DNA of 15,399 nucleotides from a virus (Duplodnaviria; Heunggongvirae; Uroviricota; Caudoviricetes): IMG/VR virus record IMGVR_UViG_2778261088_000008; one strand, 5' to 3'. Shown piece by piece: positions 9,037 to 15,399 of this stretch (position 1 is its first letter; each line of letters starts with the position of its first letter). The notes under the pieces were generated by a model. It saw only the letters and a program-made list of their open reading frames with translations, ran no database searches and was not told where the DNA came from. The position numbers and the translations under genes were made by a program.

Positions 9037-9070
9037 CCTCTTGTAATTACAAATGTCATTACAAGTATCG
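9037..9070 (-). promoter_or_regulatory. relBE promoter/operator region (relO-like repeated TTGTAAT half-sites)
   Basis: Minus strand reads CGATACTTGTAATGACATTTGTAATTACAAGAGGTGTAAGAC-ATG, with the palindrome TTGTAATTACAA and repeated TTGTAAT hexads immediately upstream of relB. Matches what I recall of the RelB/RelE autoregulatory operator. Confidence 0.65.
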
Positions 9071-9358
9071 CACTACAACATGCTTAGGGCAAGTCACGAA
9101 GGAAGTCAGAAAGTAGTCGTAAGAACGGTGATCACTGTCCGCTTTGTGCCAGGAGCAGCCATTGCTAAGTCCATCCTGTATTGTGCAGGTCAGCTCGTTT
9201 TTAAAGAGTCCGGCCATCATCTTACTGGTACAGACACCATATACTTTGTGACGGTCAGGCTACATATGCACAACTCAACTTATTCATCTATTTTTTGCTT
9301 TAGCATGTCAGTGTTGCTTTCTCGTCGGCGGGTGAGCGGTGACCTGACCTGTCGATAA
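9053..9358 (+). CDS. ydfV: Questionable ORF (YdfV-like, 101 aa)
   Basis: 101-codon ORF whose ATG lies inside the relO operator and has no SD. Length matches what I recall for the annotated K-12 ORF ydfV, but coding support from sequence is weak. Confidence 0.3.
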   Translation: MSLQVSHYNMLRASHEGSQKVVVRTVITVRFVPGAAIAKSILYCAGQLVFKESGHHLTGTDTIYFVTVRLHMHNSTYSSIFCFSMSVLLSRRRVSGDLTCR

Positions 9359-9510
9359 AGGAACGTAACACGTTTTATGCAACACCCGCATGCGGCAGAA
9401 AATTATTGCCGAACGTTTACCCCTGTCAACAAGCTTTACTTTCTGAGGCGCGCCAGCCCGCGAGGAAAACAATCTGAACATCAAACAATTAATGACACAA
9501 GAAATACGAT

Positions 9511-9537
9511 TAAAGATTTTTTTGTGCATGCCGATAG
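9511..9537 (+). promoter_or_regulatory. Sigma28 (FliA) class 3 flagellar promoter of flxA
   Basis: TAAAGATT (9511-9518), 11-nt spacer, GCCGATAG (9530-9537), a close match to the sigma28 consensus TAAAGTTT-N11-GCCGATAA. SD AAGGAG at 9549-9554, ATG at 9561. Confidence 0.7.
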
Positions 9538-9560
9538 TGCTTTTTTAAAAGGAGAAATCT

Positions 9561-9893
9561 ATGTCTGTCACAATTCAGGGAAATACCTCAACCGTTATTT
9601 CAAACAACTCCGCCCCGGAAGGAACATCAGAAATAGCCAAAATCACAAGACAAATTCAGGTGCTGACTGAAAAGCTTGGGAAAATCTCATCGGAAGAGGG
9701 GATGACGACACAGCAGAAAAAAGAAATGGCTGCATTGGTACAGAAGCAAATTGAAAGCCTCTGGGCTCAACTGGAGCAGTTGTTAAGGCAGCAGGCAGAG
9801 AAAAAGAATGAAGACGCGACAGTTCAGCCTGATAAAAAAGAAGAGAAAAAAGACGATACAAATACCGCTGGCACCATTGATATTTACGTCTAA
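9561..9893 (+). CDS. flxA: FlxA (FliA-regulated protein, 110 aa)
   Basis: Protein MSVTIQGNTSTVISNNSAPEGTSEIAKITRQIQVLTEKLGKISSEEGMTTQQKKEMAALVQKQ... recalled as FlxA; sigma28 promoter upstream. Confidence 0.9.
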   Translation: MSVTIQGNTSTVISNNSAPEGTSEIAKITRQIQVLTEKLGKISSEEGMTTQQKKEMAALVQKQIESLWAQLEQLLRQQAEKKNEDATVQPDKKEEKKDDTNTAGTIDIYV

Positions 9894-9907
9894 GTGACAG
9901 CCGTATT

Positions 9908-9930
9908 GTGGCCCTCATCGGGCCACTTTT
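9908..9930 (+). terminator. Intrinsic terminator of flxA
   Basis: GTGGCCC-tcatc-GGGCCAC perfect 7-bp stem followed by TTTT (9927-9930), 15 nt after the flxA stop. Confidence 0.7.
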
Positions 9931-10089
9931 CGCCATCAGCCTTTTCTTTAAAGACATATTATCTTTGTATCATTTCTGATAGTTAACATTACAAGATATA
10001 AGTAATGGACGCACTCCCAATTAGTCTATTTAAATCGCCACGAGTTTAACTGACAACCCATGATCAATTATGAATTGCAACTATTTCTG

Positions 10090-11700
10090 TAGTCACTTTT
10101 GTGGGGACAGTCCACAAAACTGCCAACTTCCGCTTCTTGCTCTTAGCGGACATTAGCATAGGCTATTTACCATAACGCCTCATTACGCGCACCGCCCAGA
10201 CTGACTCAGCGCGTTTCTGGCATATCCCCGGTAAAACAAGTAACAAACCACCCGAAAATGAACACCAGAAACGCGACTTAAGAATCTACCCTATGAATGG
10301 ATATGCACTCAACCGAATCGATCTTGGTTTCAATCTTATTTATCGGGATCAGGCTTCTTTTTAGGTAACTTCGGGGGCTTAACTTGCTGATGACTTTGCG
10401 TTCGGCGCGTAAGCCAGGGATGGTCAGCTTTAGGTTTAACATAGTATTTTGAGCGTAAATCAATACGGGCATTATCCACTCGTTCATGGACACTCTTTTC
10501 ATCATCCAGTGGTATAGGCTCCGGGCCATCAACATACTTTTCCCAGCCCAGCGCTTTCCCGTCATACAGAACGTTAATTTCACCGTCAAAGTTCTCGCAT
10601 ACAGTAACAACCGAATGCCTAAGTCGATATCCCCGGCCCTCACTGCGTACCTGAAACGCACTGCTTTTGTACTGGAAAGTGAGATTTTTAGACAGAACGC
10701 GCTTCGCCTGTAGGCTGAAGATATAACCCAGTTCCTCTTCAGAATGGTGCACATCAAGATGAGCATTATCAGTAGTACGAGGCGACGTAGCGAACCGGTT
10801 GTTATAGGCTTCAATAAAGGTCGGCAACCATGCATTTGCTGTTTCAATATCACTGATATTCTGAAGCCGCATTTCTTTGACCAGCCTGTCCTGTAGTGTC
10901 TGATTGGCGCGCTCTACCCGCCCTTTTGCCTGCGGGCTGTTGGCATGGATTGGCTCGATGCCCAGTGTCTTTATCGCACGAGTGAACTGGGTCAGCTCAC
11001 CTTCCCGCTCTGGGTTATTTACCCTGAATATACTGTGTCTATCAGAGTAGAGAGCGAGCGGTACGCCATGATCATTAAGGTAACCCCGGAGGGTTTCCAT
11101 GTAAGCCCGGGTTGTTTCAGCAGGCACAAAACGCAACGCCATCAACGCACTGGTGGCATCATCAATGAAAACGATCAGTGTACATCTGGGGCCTCGATTT
11201 TCAAACCAGTCATGAGGTGAGCCATCAATCTGGATCAGTTCACCGTAAGATGGTCGTCGCATGCGGCGTTGATATATACGGGCAATTTTACGACGGCGTT
11301 CACGCCATAACCCCTCTTCTATCATCCACTTTCTGAGAGTTTCAACGGATAAAGATAAACCGTGTATCTCGCGCAATTTTTCGCACGCAAACGTAGGTCC
11401 AAAATCAGCGTAACGGCCTTTGAGGAGTGAAATTACTGTTGCTCTGAATTCAGTAGAAAAGGAATTATTAGGACGCTTTCCACGTCGGTGGGAAACCAGA
11501 CCAGAAGGCCCTTCATTTCTATACCGTTGCACCAGACGTTTAACCTGCCGAATAGAAATGCCAATGCGTGCCGCAGCTTGTTCCTGAATAATCTGAAGTC
11601 GGTGGAGTTCCTTATGACTCATCGTAACAGTCTCTTTGATCATGAAAAATCCCCCAGAGAATTGTCTGGGGACATTTTAGAATGGTTCAAAGGGGACATT
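10090..11700 (-). mobile_element. Insertion-sequence-like element carrying one DDE transposase; boundaries approximate and unresolved
   Basis: A single intact transposase gene with non-coding flanks, interrupting the prophage between flxA and the early-region genes. GGGGACA-containing motifs occur near both flanks (10094-10108, 11667-11679, 11687-11699) and a weaker candidate left end is at about 10212-10228, but no clean terminal inverted repeats or target-site duplication could be established by eye. Confidence 0.4.
10336..11643 (-). CDS. DDE transposase (N-terminal HTH plus integrase/rve catalytic core; IS481/ISNCY-like)
   Basis: 435 aa, ATG 11643 with SD GGGGGA upstream. N-terminal HTH-like region (GISIRQVKRLVQRY). 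Catalytic D-D-E candidates in FIDDATS, LYSDRHS and KGRVERANQTLQDRL. Basic C-terminal tail. No frameshift or internal stop. Confidence 0.85.
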   Translation of the reverse strand: MIKETVTMSHKELHRLQIIQEQAAARIGISIRQVKRLVQRYRNEGPSGLVSHRRGKRPNNSFSTEFRATVISLLKGRYADFGPTFACEKLREIHGLSLSVETLRKWMIEEGLWRERRRKIARIYQRRMRRPSYGELIQIDGSPHDWFENRGPRCTLIVFIDDATSALMALRFVPAETTRAYMETLRGYLNDHGVPLALYSDRHSIFRVNNPEREGELTQFTRAIKTLGIEPIHANSPQAKGRVERANQTLQDRLVKEMRLQNISDIETANAWLPTFIEAYNNRFATSPRTTDNAHLDVHHSEEELGYIFSLQAKRVLSKNLTFQYKSSAFQVRSEGRGYRLRHSVVTVCENFDGEINVLYDGKALGWEKYVDGPEPIPLDDEKSVHERVDNARIDLRSKYYVKPKADHPWLTRRTQSHQQVKPPKLPKKKPDPDK

Positions 11701-11977
11701 ACAGCTTGGTGTTAACAATAGCCTGCTTCTCCGTGCCTTTCGGCACGTAAGAGGCTAACCTACATGTGTCTAGCATGAAATTGGCCTCAGATTAATGTTA
11801 AGCGTCTTGCAGGACGCGTAATGTTAACTGGGGCTTTTCTCTATCTGCCGTTGGTGTCCATGCCCGAGGCAGATAGCCTCAAGCACCCGCAGTCATTCTA
11901 CTTAACTAAGATTTCCCCGCAAACCGTTTTTGTCCAGCACAGTAAATATCCAACTAAACCAATGGAGTTCGCTGTAT

Positions 11978-12157
11978 TTACCGCCAGTATTCAATGCACA
12001 TGACCGCCATGAACACCCCTAAAAAAAGGGCATTTATATATCCAAATATTAATATCAAAACATCAACTTTTTCCATATACCTTGCTGTGAAGATGATGGG
12101 CATACATGATGCGAACAACCAGAACGCAACAAACAAAAACTGCAATGCGTTTTTCAT
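11978..12157 (-). CDS. Small hydrophobic two-TM membrane protein (59 aa), function unknown
   Basis: ATG 12157 preceded by a strong SD (minus strand TGTAGGAGGAATA-ATG). Protein MKNALQFLFVAFWLFASCMPIIFTARYMEKVDVLILIFGYINALFLGVFMAVMCIEYWR has two predicted TM helices. The track ORF starts further upstream at a GTG with no SD. Confidence 0.5.
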   Translation of the reverse strand: MKNALQFLFVAFWLFASCMPIIFTARYMEKVDVLILIFGYINALFLGVFMAVMCIEYWR

Positions 12158-12411
12158 TATTCCTCCTACAATCAATGTGCAATTACATTTAAACACACCT
12201 CAATTTGGCCGGACATATAAATATCTAAACCAGAAAAAATCACTTACATAGCGTTACAAACTCTTTAGTCTAAAGGTTCATCGTAAAACATTCCCCATAC
12301 TTATCAGTCCGTTCCGCGCCAGGTAGCTCATTGCCTTATCTGGCAACCTGTAATCAGGTTTCCGCTTTTTCAGTTGGCTGGTCGTTTAACCGACATAGTT
12401 AATCCATTAAT

Positions 12412-12699
12412 CTAGTTGCCGGATGTTGGTGGATTTTCGCGTTTTAGTTGTTCATAAAAGTGCACAGCTTTAACCAGTTCTTCTGATGTAACTGGGACTG
12501 GTGAGGCAGTGAATAAGGCCTGAATTTGATAGTTCGGCCTGTCGTTACAATCCTCTTTTTTCGGTACATATTTCCAGTCACCAGACCACTACTTCCCCTG
12601 AAAGTCCGTAACGCCTTTTTTCACGTAGCGATATCGCCATGCCACTGGTTTTGCTTGCCCCGCCGTTTCATGCCCTTCCTGATAATTAATCTCGCTCAT
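12412..12699 (-). pseudogene. Early-region ORF interrupted by an in-frame TAG (36 aa, amber, then 59 more codons)
   Basis: ATG 12699: MSEINYQEGHETAGQAKPVAWRYRYVKKGVTDFQGK, TAG at 12591-12589, then frame stays open for WSGDWKYVPKKEDCNDRPNYQIQALFTASPVPVTSEELVKAVHFYEQLKRENPPTSGN to TAG 12414-12412. Its ATG overlaps the stop of the upstream read-through frame (ATGA). Confidence 0.4.
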
Positions 12700-12887
12700 T
12701 CATCGCCCCACTCATCACAATATGCTTCGACCGGAGTTTTTCCCGCTTCATAGTCATCACGCTAGGATTCGACATCAGCAGCACTTCCACCGCGTAACTC
12801 ACCATAGTCCATTAATAGTTCATCCCGCTCTTCAAAACTGATGTTATATTTAGCTGAACAAAAATCAGCCACTTTGTTCTTCCTCAT
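12696..12887 (-). pseudogene. Early-region ORF interrupted by an in-frame TAG (41 aa, amber, then 21 more codons)
   Basis: ATG 12887: MRKNKVADFCSAKYNISFEERDELLMDYGELRGGSAADVES, TAG at 12764-12762, then RDDYEAGKTPVEAYCDEWGDE to TGA 12698-12696, which overlaps the next ATG. Confidence 0.4.
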
Positions 12888-12936
12888 CGTCTTTTATTTC
12901 GTGGTATGAGTAATTGCAGTAGTTAAAGAAAATTTC

Positions 12937-13047
12937 TTATGCTCCGTCATGAATTTCCTCAGGTGTTGCGTCATCGTCCACTTCGAATACATCCTCAAAA
13001 TCTCCACCAGCTATTCCCGTTTCAATAATAATTTTGAACTTTCGCAT
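12937..13047 (-). CDS. Small acidic ORF (36 aa), hypothetical
   Basis: ATG 13047: MRKFKIIIETGIAGGDFEDVFEVDDDATPEEIHDGA, stop TAA 12939-12937. Weak SD; a GC-rich hairpin (13057-13073) lies just upstream. Shares the MRK(F/N)K start with the next ORF. Confidence 0.3.
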   Translation of the reverse strand: MRKFKIIIETGIAGGDFEDVFEVDDDATPEEIHDGA

Positions 13048-13219
13048 TTCACTACCGCCCTTTCGGGCGGCCTCCTGATGTTCTGAGGGTGCAGAAATCC
13101 ATCCGGTTAAGGATTAAATTTTATTTACAGAACTGAATTTAATTATTCAGATATACGTATCTGTAGCCTTACGAATCTACTCACTGGATGCCTCTTTCAT
13201 AAAAATAATCCAGTGGGTT

Positions 13220-13666
13220 TTATCGTTTTTTCCCTGTTCGTTGACAGATAACAGGTTTTCTGTCTGTCAGTGCCAGAATCTGGCTTACCGGTATTTGCGT
13301 TTCATTCCATTAAAAAATCAGAACGCCGTGCGGCCTCAACACCCGAAAGGCTTCTTTAAATCTCTGTCGCGAATCATCACGCCAGGCATCTTTATTCAGC
13401 CGTCCATATTTCTTTCCCATCCAGGCGTTATCACCAACACTCTCAAGATGCGGAGGGTCTAATACAACCATCGAAAAAGATGCGTCTGCAAATGATAATG
13501 CACGAAAATCTGCGATAATGTCAGGGCTGATAATCAAGCGTCTCCCATTGCGTAATGTGTATCCTTCTTTTCTGATATCGCTGAATATCGCCCGTTCGTC
13601 AGACTTATCGAACCAGAACATGCGGCTGCCACAGCACATATCAAGAATGGTTGCCGGTGCACTCAC
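13220..13666 (-). pseudogene. DNA N6-adenine methyltransferase-like gene interrupted by an in-frame TAA
   Basis: ORF 13313..13666 (118 aa) has a SAM-binding motif-I-like LDMCCGS near the N-terminus and a motif-IV-like DPPH (VVLDPPH). It ends at TAA 13312-13310, but the frame stays open for 29 more codons (WNETQIPVSQILALTDRKPVICQRTGKKR) to TAA 13222-13220. ATG overlaps the upstream gene stop (ATGA). Confidence 0.5.
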
Positions 13667-14373
13667 TGCGCCACGTCCTGAAAATTACCCTGATAGAAAG
13701 CCAGTATGCGCTGCATAACTTCGCTCTTCCGGCACTCGCGACAGATTATGTTTAGGCGACTGTCGTAGCGACGTATTTCTCCGTCAGGTGATGACCAGAT
13801 AAGGTCCGGATCAACCACAGCAGGTTTCTTCACCTTTGCCCTCGAGAGTTTTTTGCGGGCGTTTTGCCAGTCCTTACGCGCCTGTTCAGAGGGGAATAAC
13901 CCGTAGCCGGAGTTGTATACATCGCCACTGGCTACCAGCTCGTCCCATTTTTCGCGGAGCTTTGACGGGCTCATGATGTTTTTTACCCAGAATGGATCTC
14001 GCTGAACCCGACCAAACATTTCGCAAATTTGTCTGTGGCTTCTGCCATCCAGCATCCGCATTGTGCGCACGTCATTGGCCCAGGCAGTCCAGTTAGCCTC
14101 CATAATTGCAGGCACTAGCGCCGTGAACTTTTCACGCTTATCCCTGGTGTCGATAGCCTTCCAGCGTTCAAATATCTTCACTCGATTAACGCCAAGCGCT
14201 CGCTGATCAATCGCGCCACCTTCATATGTGACACGCTGAACATCGATGTTCGGGCGCTCTTTCAAAGCCCAGAATGCTTCAGTGATTAATATCGTCGCCT
14301 GCTCCTGTGTCATTCCTGGTCGACATATCCAGGCATCCAGAGCCTCACGAGCCTGTTCAGGAGTGATTTTCAT
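13663..14373 (-). CDS. Hypothetical prophage early-region protein (236 aa)
   Basis: Intact ORF immediately downstream of dicC and translationally coupled to the methyltransferase-like gene. Basic segment (KDWQNARKKLSRAKVKK) and C-terminal CRECRK. Family not recognised. ATG 14373 overlaps the dicC 3-prime end by 17 nt; in-frame ATG 14313 is an alternative. Confidence 0.6.
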   Translation of the reverse strand: MKITPEQAREALDAWICRPGMTQEQATILITEAFWALKERPNIDVQRVTYEGGAIDQRALGVNRVKIFERWKAIDTRDKREKFTALVPAIMEANWTAWANDVRTMRMLDGRSHRQICEMFGRVQRDPFWVKNIMSPSKLREKWDELVASGDVYNSGYGLFPSEQARKDWQNARKKLSRAKVKKPAVVDPDLIWSSPDGEIRRYDSRLNIICRECRKSEVMQRILAFYQGNFQDVAQ

Positions 14374-14587
14374 TGTTCAACCGCCCCGCCCGCTTCGTCT
14401 TACGATATTCATCATAAACTTTGGGATCATACTGAAGCTCCCCGCCAGATGCCTCCTGTAGACGCATCGCGCGACCTTCGGGAACTAAATCCCCTTTCCA
14501 GCTATAAAGCGAAGCCAAACGAATACCTGCTGCTTGTGCAAGTTTTGTTTTTGAACCGAAATACAAAAGAGCGTCAGTTTTAAGCAT
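14357..14587 (-). CDS. dicC: DicC, Cro-like regulator (76 aa)
   Basis: Protein MLKTDALLYFGSKTKLAQAAGIRLASLYSWKGDLVPEGRAMRLQEASGGELQYDPKVYDEYRKTKRAGRLNNENHS recalled as DicC. Divergent from dicA. Confidence 0.9.
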   Translation of the reverse strand: MLKTDALLYFGSKTKLAQAAGIRLASLYSWKGDLVPEGRAMRLQEASGGELQYDPKVYDEYRKTKRAGRLNNENHS

Positions 14588-14601
14588 TTAAAACACCTTT
14601 A

Positions 14602-14668
14602 TTGTTAGTCATAACTAACAAGATAGATGTTAACAAAAACATAGTCAATACGATTTAGCATTAGCTAA
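14602..14668. promoter_or_regulatory. dicA-dicC divergent promoter/operator region with palindromic operator-like sites
   Basis: Perfect palindrome TTGTTAGT-cata-ACTAACAA (14602-14621) and TTAGC-atta-GCTAA (14655-14668) in the 83-bp intergenic region between the divergent repressor genes. Confidence 0.55.
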
Positions 14669-14670
14669 CT

Positions 14671-15078
14671 ATGGAAACAAAAAATTTAACTATCGGCGAA
14701 CGCATCAGGTATCGTCGGAAAAACCTCAAACACACCCAAAGGTCTCTTGCTAAAGCCCTGAAAATCTCCCATGTGTCTGTATCACAATGGGAACGGGGTG
14801 ATAGTGAACCTACAGGGAAGAACCTTTTTGCCCTCAGCAAAGTATTGCAATGCTCACCAACATGGATTCTATTTGGCGATGAAGACAAGCAACCAACACC
14901 ACCTGTTGAGAAGCCAGTTGCCTTATCCCCCAAAGAACTAGAGCTCCTTGAGCTGTTTAATGCACTGCCAGAATCAGAACAGGATACCCAGCTCGCCGAA
15001 ATGCGAGCTCGAGTAAAAAACTTCAATAAACTCTTTGAAGAATTACTAAAAGCCCGTCAGCGGACAAATAAAAGATAA
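14671..15078 (+). CDS. dicA: DicA, HTH (XRE-family) repressor of the dicB operon (135 aa)
   Basis: Protein METKNLTIGERIRYRRKNLKHTQRSLAKALKISHVSVSQWERGDSEPTGKNLFALSKVLQCSPTWILFGDEDKQ... has an XRE-type HTH; recalled as DicA. Confidence 0.95.
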   Translation: METKNLTIGERIRYRRKNLKHTQRSLAKALKISHVSVSQWERGDSEPTGKNLFALSKVLQCSPTWILFGDEDKQPTPPVEKPVALSPKELELLELFNALPESEQDTQLAEMRARVKNFNKLFEELLKARQRTNKR

Positions 15079-15138
15079 CATCATCAATGAGTTATCTTTT
15101 ACCACATCAATTATGTTAGCTATAGCATACAAAATCAC

Positions 15139-15167
15139 TTGACCGATATGTTAGTCATGGCTAATCT
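15139..15167 (+). promoter_or_regulatory. Candidate dicB-operon promoter with embedded DicA-operator-like site
   Basis: TTGACC (15139-15144), 17-nt spacer, TAATCT (15162-15167). The spacer contains TGTTAGTCATGGCTAA (15149-15164), sharing TGTTAGTCAT..CTAA with the palindrome at 14602-14621. Confidence 0.5.
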
Positions 15168-15244
15168 TGTTTGCATCAACACACCGCACGGTGTTCTCAG
15201 CAAACAGTTCCGCTACCCCAGCGTTAAGGGGAAATGAGGTCAGC

Positions 15245-15399
15245 ATGGATACTATCGATCTTGGCAACAACGAATCTCTGGTGTACGGCGTGTTTCCAAA
15301 CCAGGACGGCACGTTCACCGCAATGACGTATACCAAAAGCAAAACGTTTAAAACCGAAAATGGTGCCCGTCGCTGGCTGGAAAGAAACTCAGGTGAGTG
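15245..15399 (+). CDS. ydfA: YdfA-like small protein, first gene of the dicB operon (51 aa; stop codon runs off the window)
   Basis: ATG 15245 preceded by GAGG (15236-15239). Translation MDTIDLGNNESLVYGVFPNQDGTFTAMTYTKSKTFKTENGARRWLERNSGE reaches the window end, where only the first 2 nt of the expected stop are visible. Confidence 0.7.
   Translation, partial: MDTIDLGNNESLVYGVFPNQDGTFTAMTYTKSKTFKTENGARRWLERNSGE

Noticed and set aside
8666-9046. Plus-strand ORF 8666..9046 (126 aa)
   Set aside because: Entirely antisense to relE and relB, which are confidently identified.
9308-9957. ORFs 9308..9529 (-), 9377..9670 (+) and 9643..9957 (-)
   Set aside because: Overlap the flxA promoter or the flxA coding sequence in the wrong frame or strand; no RBS.
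10278-11715. ORFs 10278..10853 (-), 10486..10713 (+), 10945..11220 (+) and 11488..11715 (+)
   Set aside because: Alternate-frame or antisense ORFs nested in the intact 435-aa transposase gene.
11821-12753. Plus-strand ORFs 11821..12003, 11994..12251 and 12526..12753, plus the GTG-initiated 72-aa form of the small membrane protein
   Set aside because: Plus-strand ORFs are antisense to the minus-strand small genes in AT-rich sequence with no SD; the 72-aa form starts at a GTG without an SD whereas ATG 12157 has AGGAGG.
13241-14461. Plus-strand ORFs 13241..13462, 13518..13718 and 14246..14461
   Set aside because: Antisense to the methyltransferase-like gene, the 236-aa gene and dicC.
14661-15342. 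Minus-strand ORFs 14661..15026 and 15151..15342
   Set aside because: Antisense to dicA and to the dicB-operon promoter and ydfA; the first is a Ser-rich low-complexity translation.

Overview
This 15.4 kb window reads as a segment of a defective lambdoid prophage of the E. coli Qin type, with no tRNA, rRNA or CRISPR array detected. All identifications rest on reading the sequence and on recalled protein families; no database search was run, and gene symbols are by recalled similarity to E. coli K-12 Qin genes. Nearly all prophage genes are on the minus strand, so the layout is given in transcription order from high to low coordinates. It starts at a dicA/dicC immunity switch (14.36-15.08 kb), with the start of the dicB-operon gene ydfA at the right edge. 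Next is an early region that looks decayed: an unknown 236-aa protein, a DNA methyltransferase cut by an in-frame TAA, small ORFs cut by in-frame TAG codons, and a small two-helix membrane protein. An intact DDE transposase (10336-11643) is inserted with unresolved ends. Then come sigma28-driven flxA (plus strand), the relB-relE-hokD toxin-antitoxin operon, rem, ydfU and a Q antiterminator followed by a lambda-like late promoter and terminator. Last is the late region: divergent cold-shock genes cspB/cspF, a pinholin / SAR-endolysin / Rz-Rz1 lysis cassette, cspI, ynfN, gnsB and ydfO. The least-described material, and the best candidates for anything new, are the early-region cluster between 11.98 and 14.37 kb and the transposase insertion.
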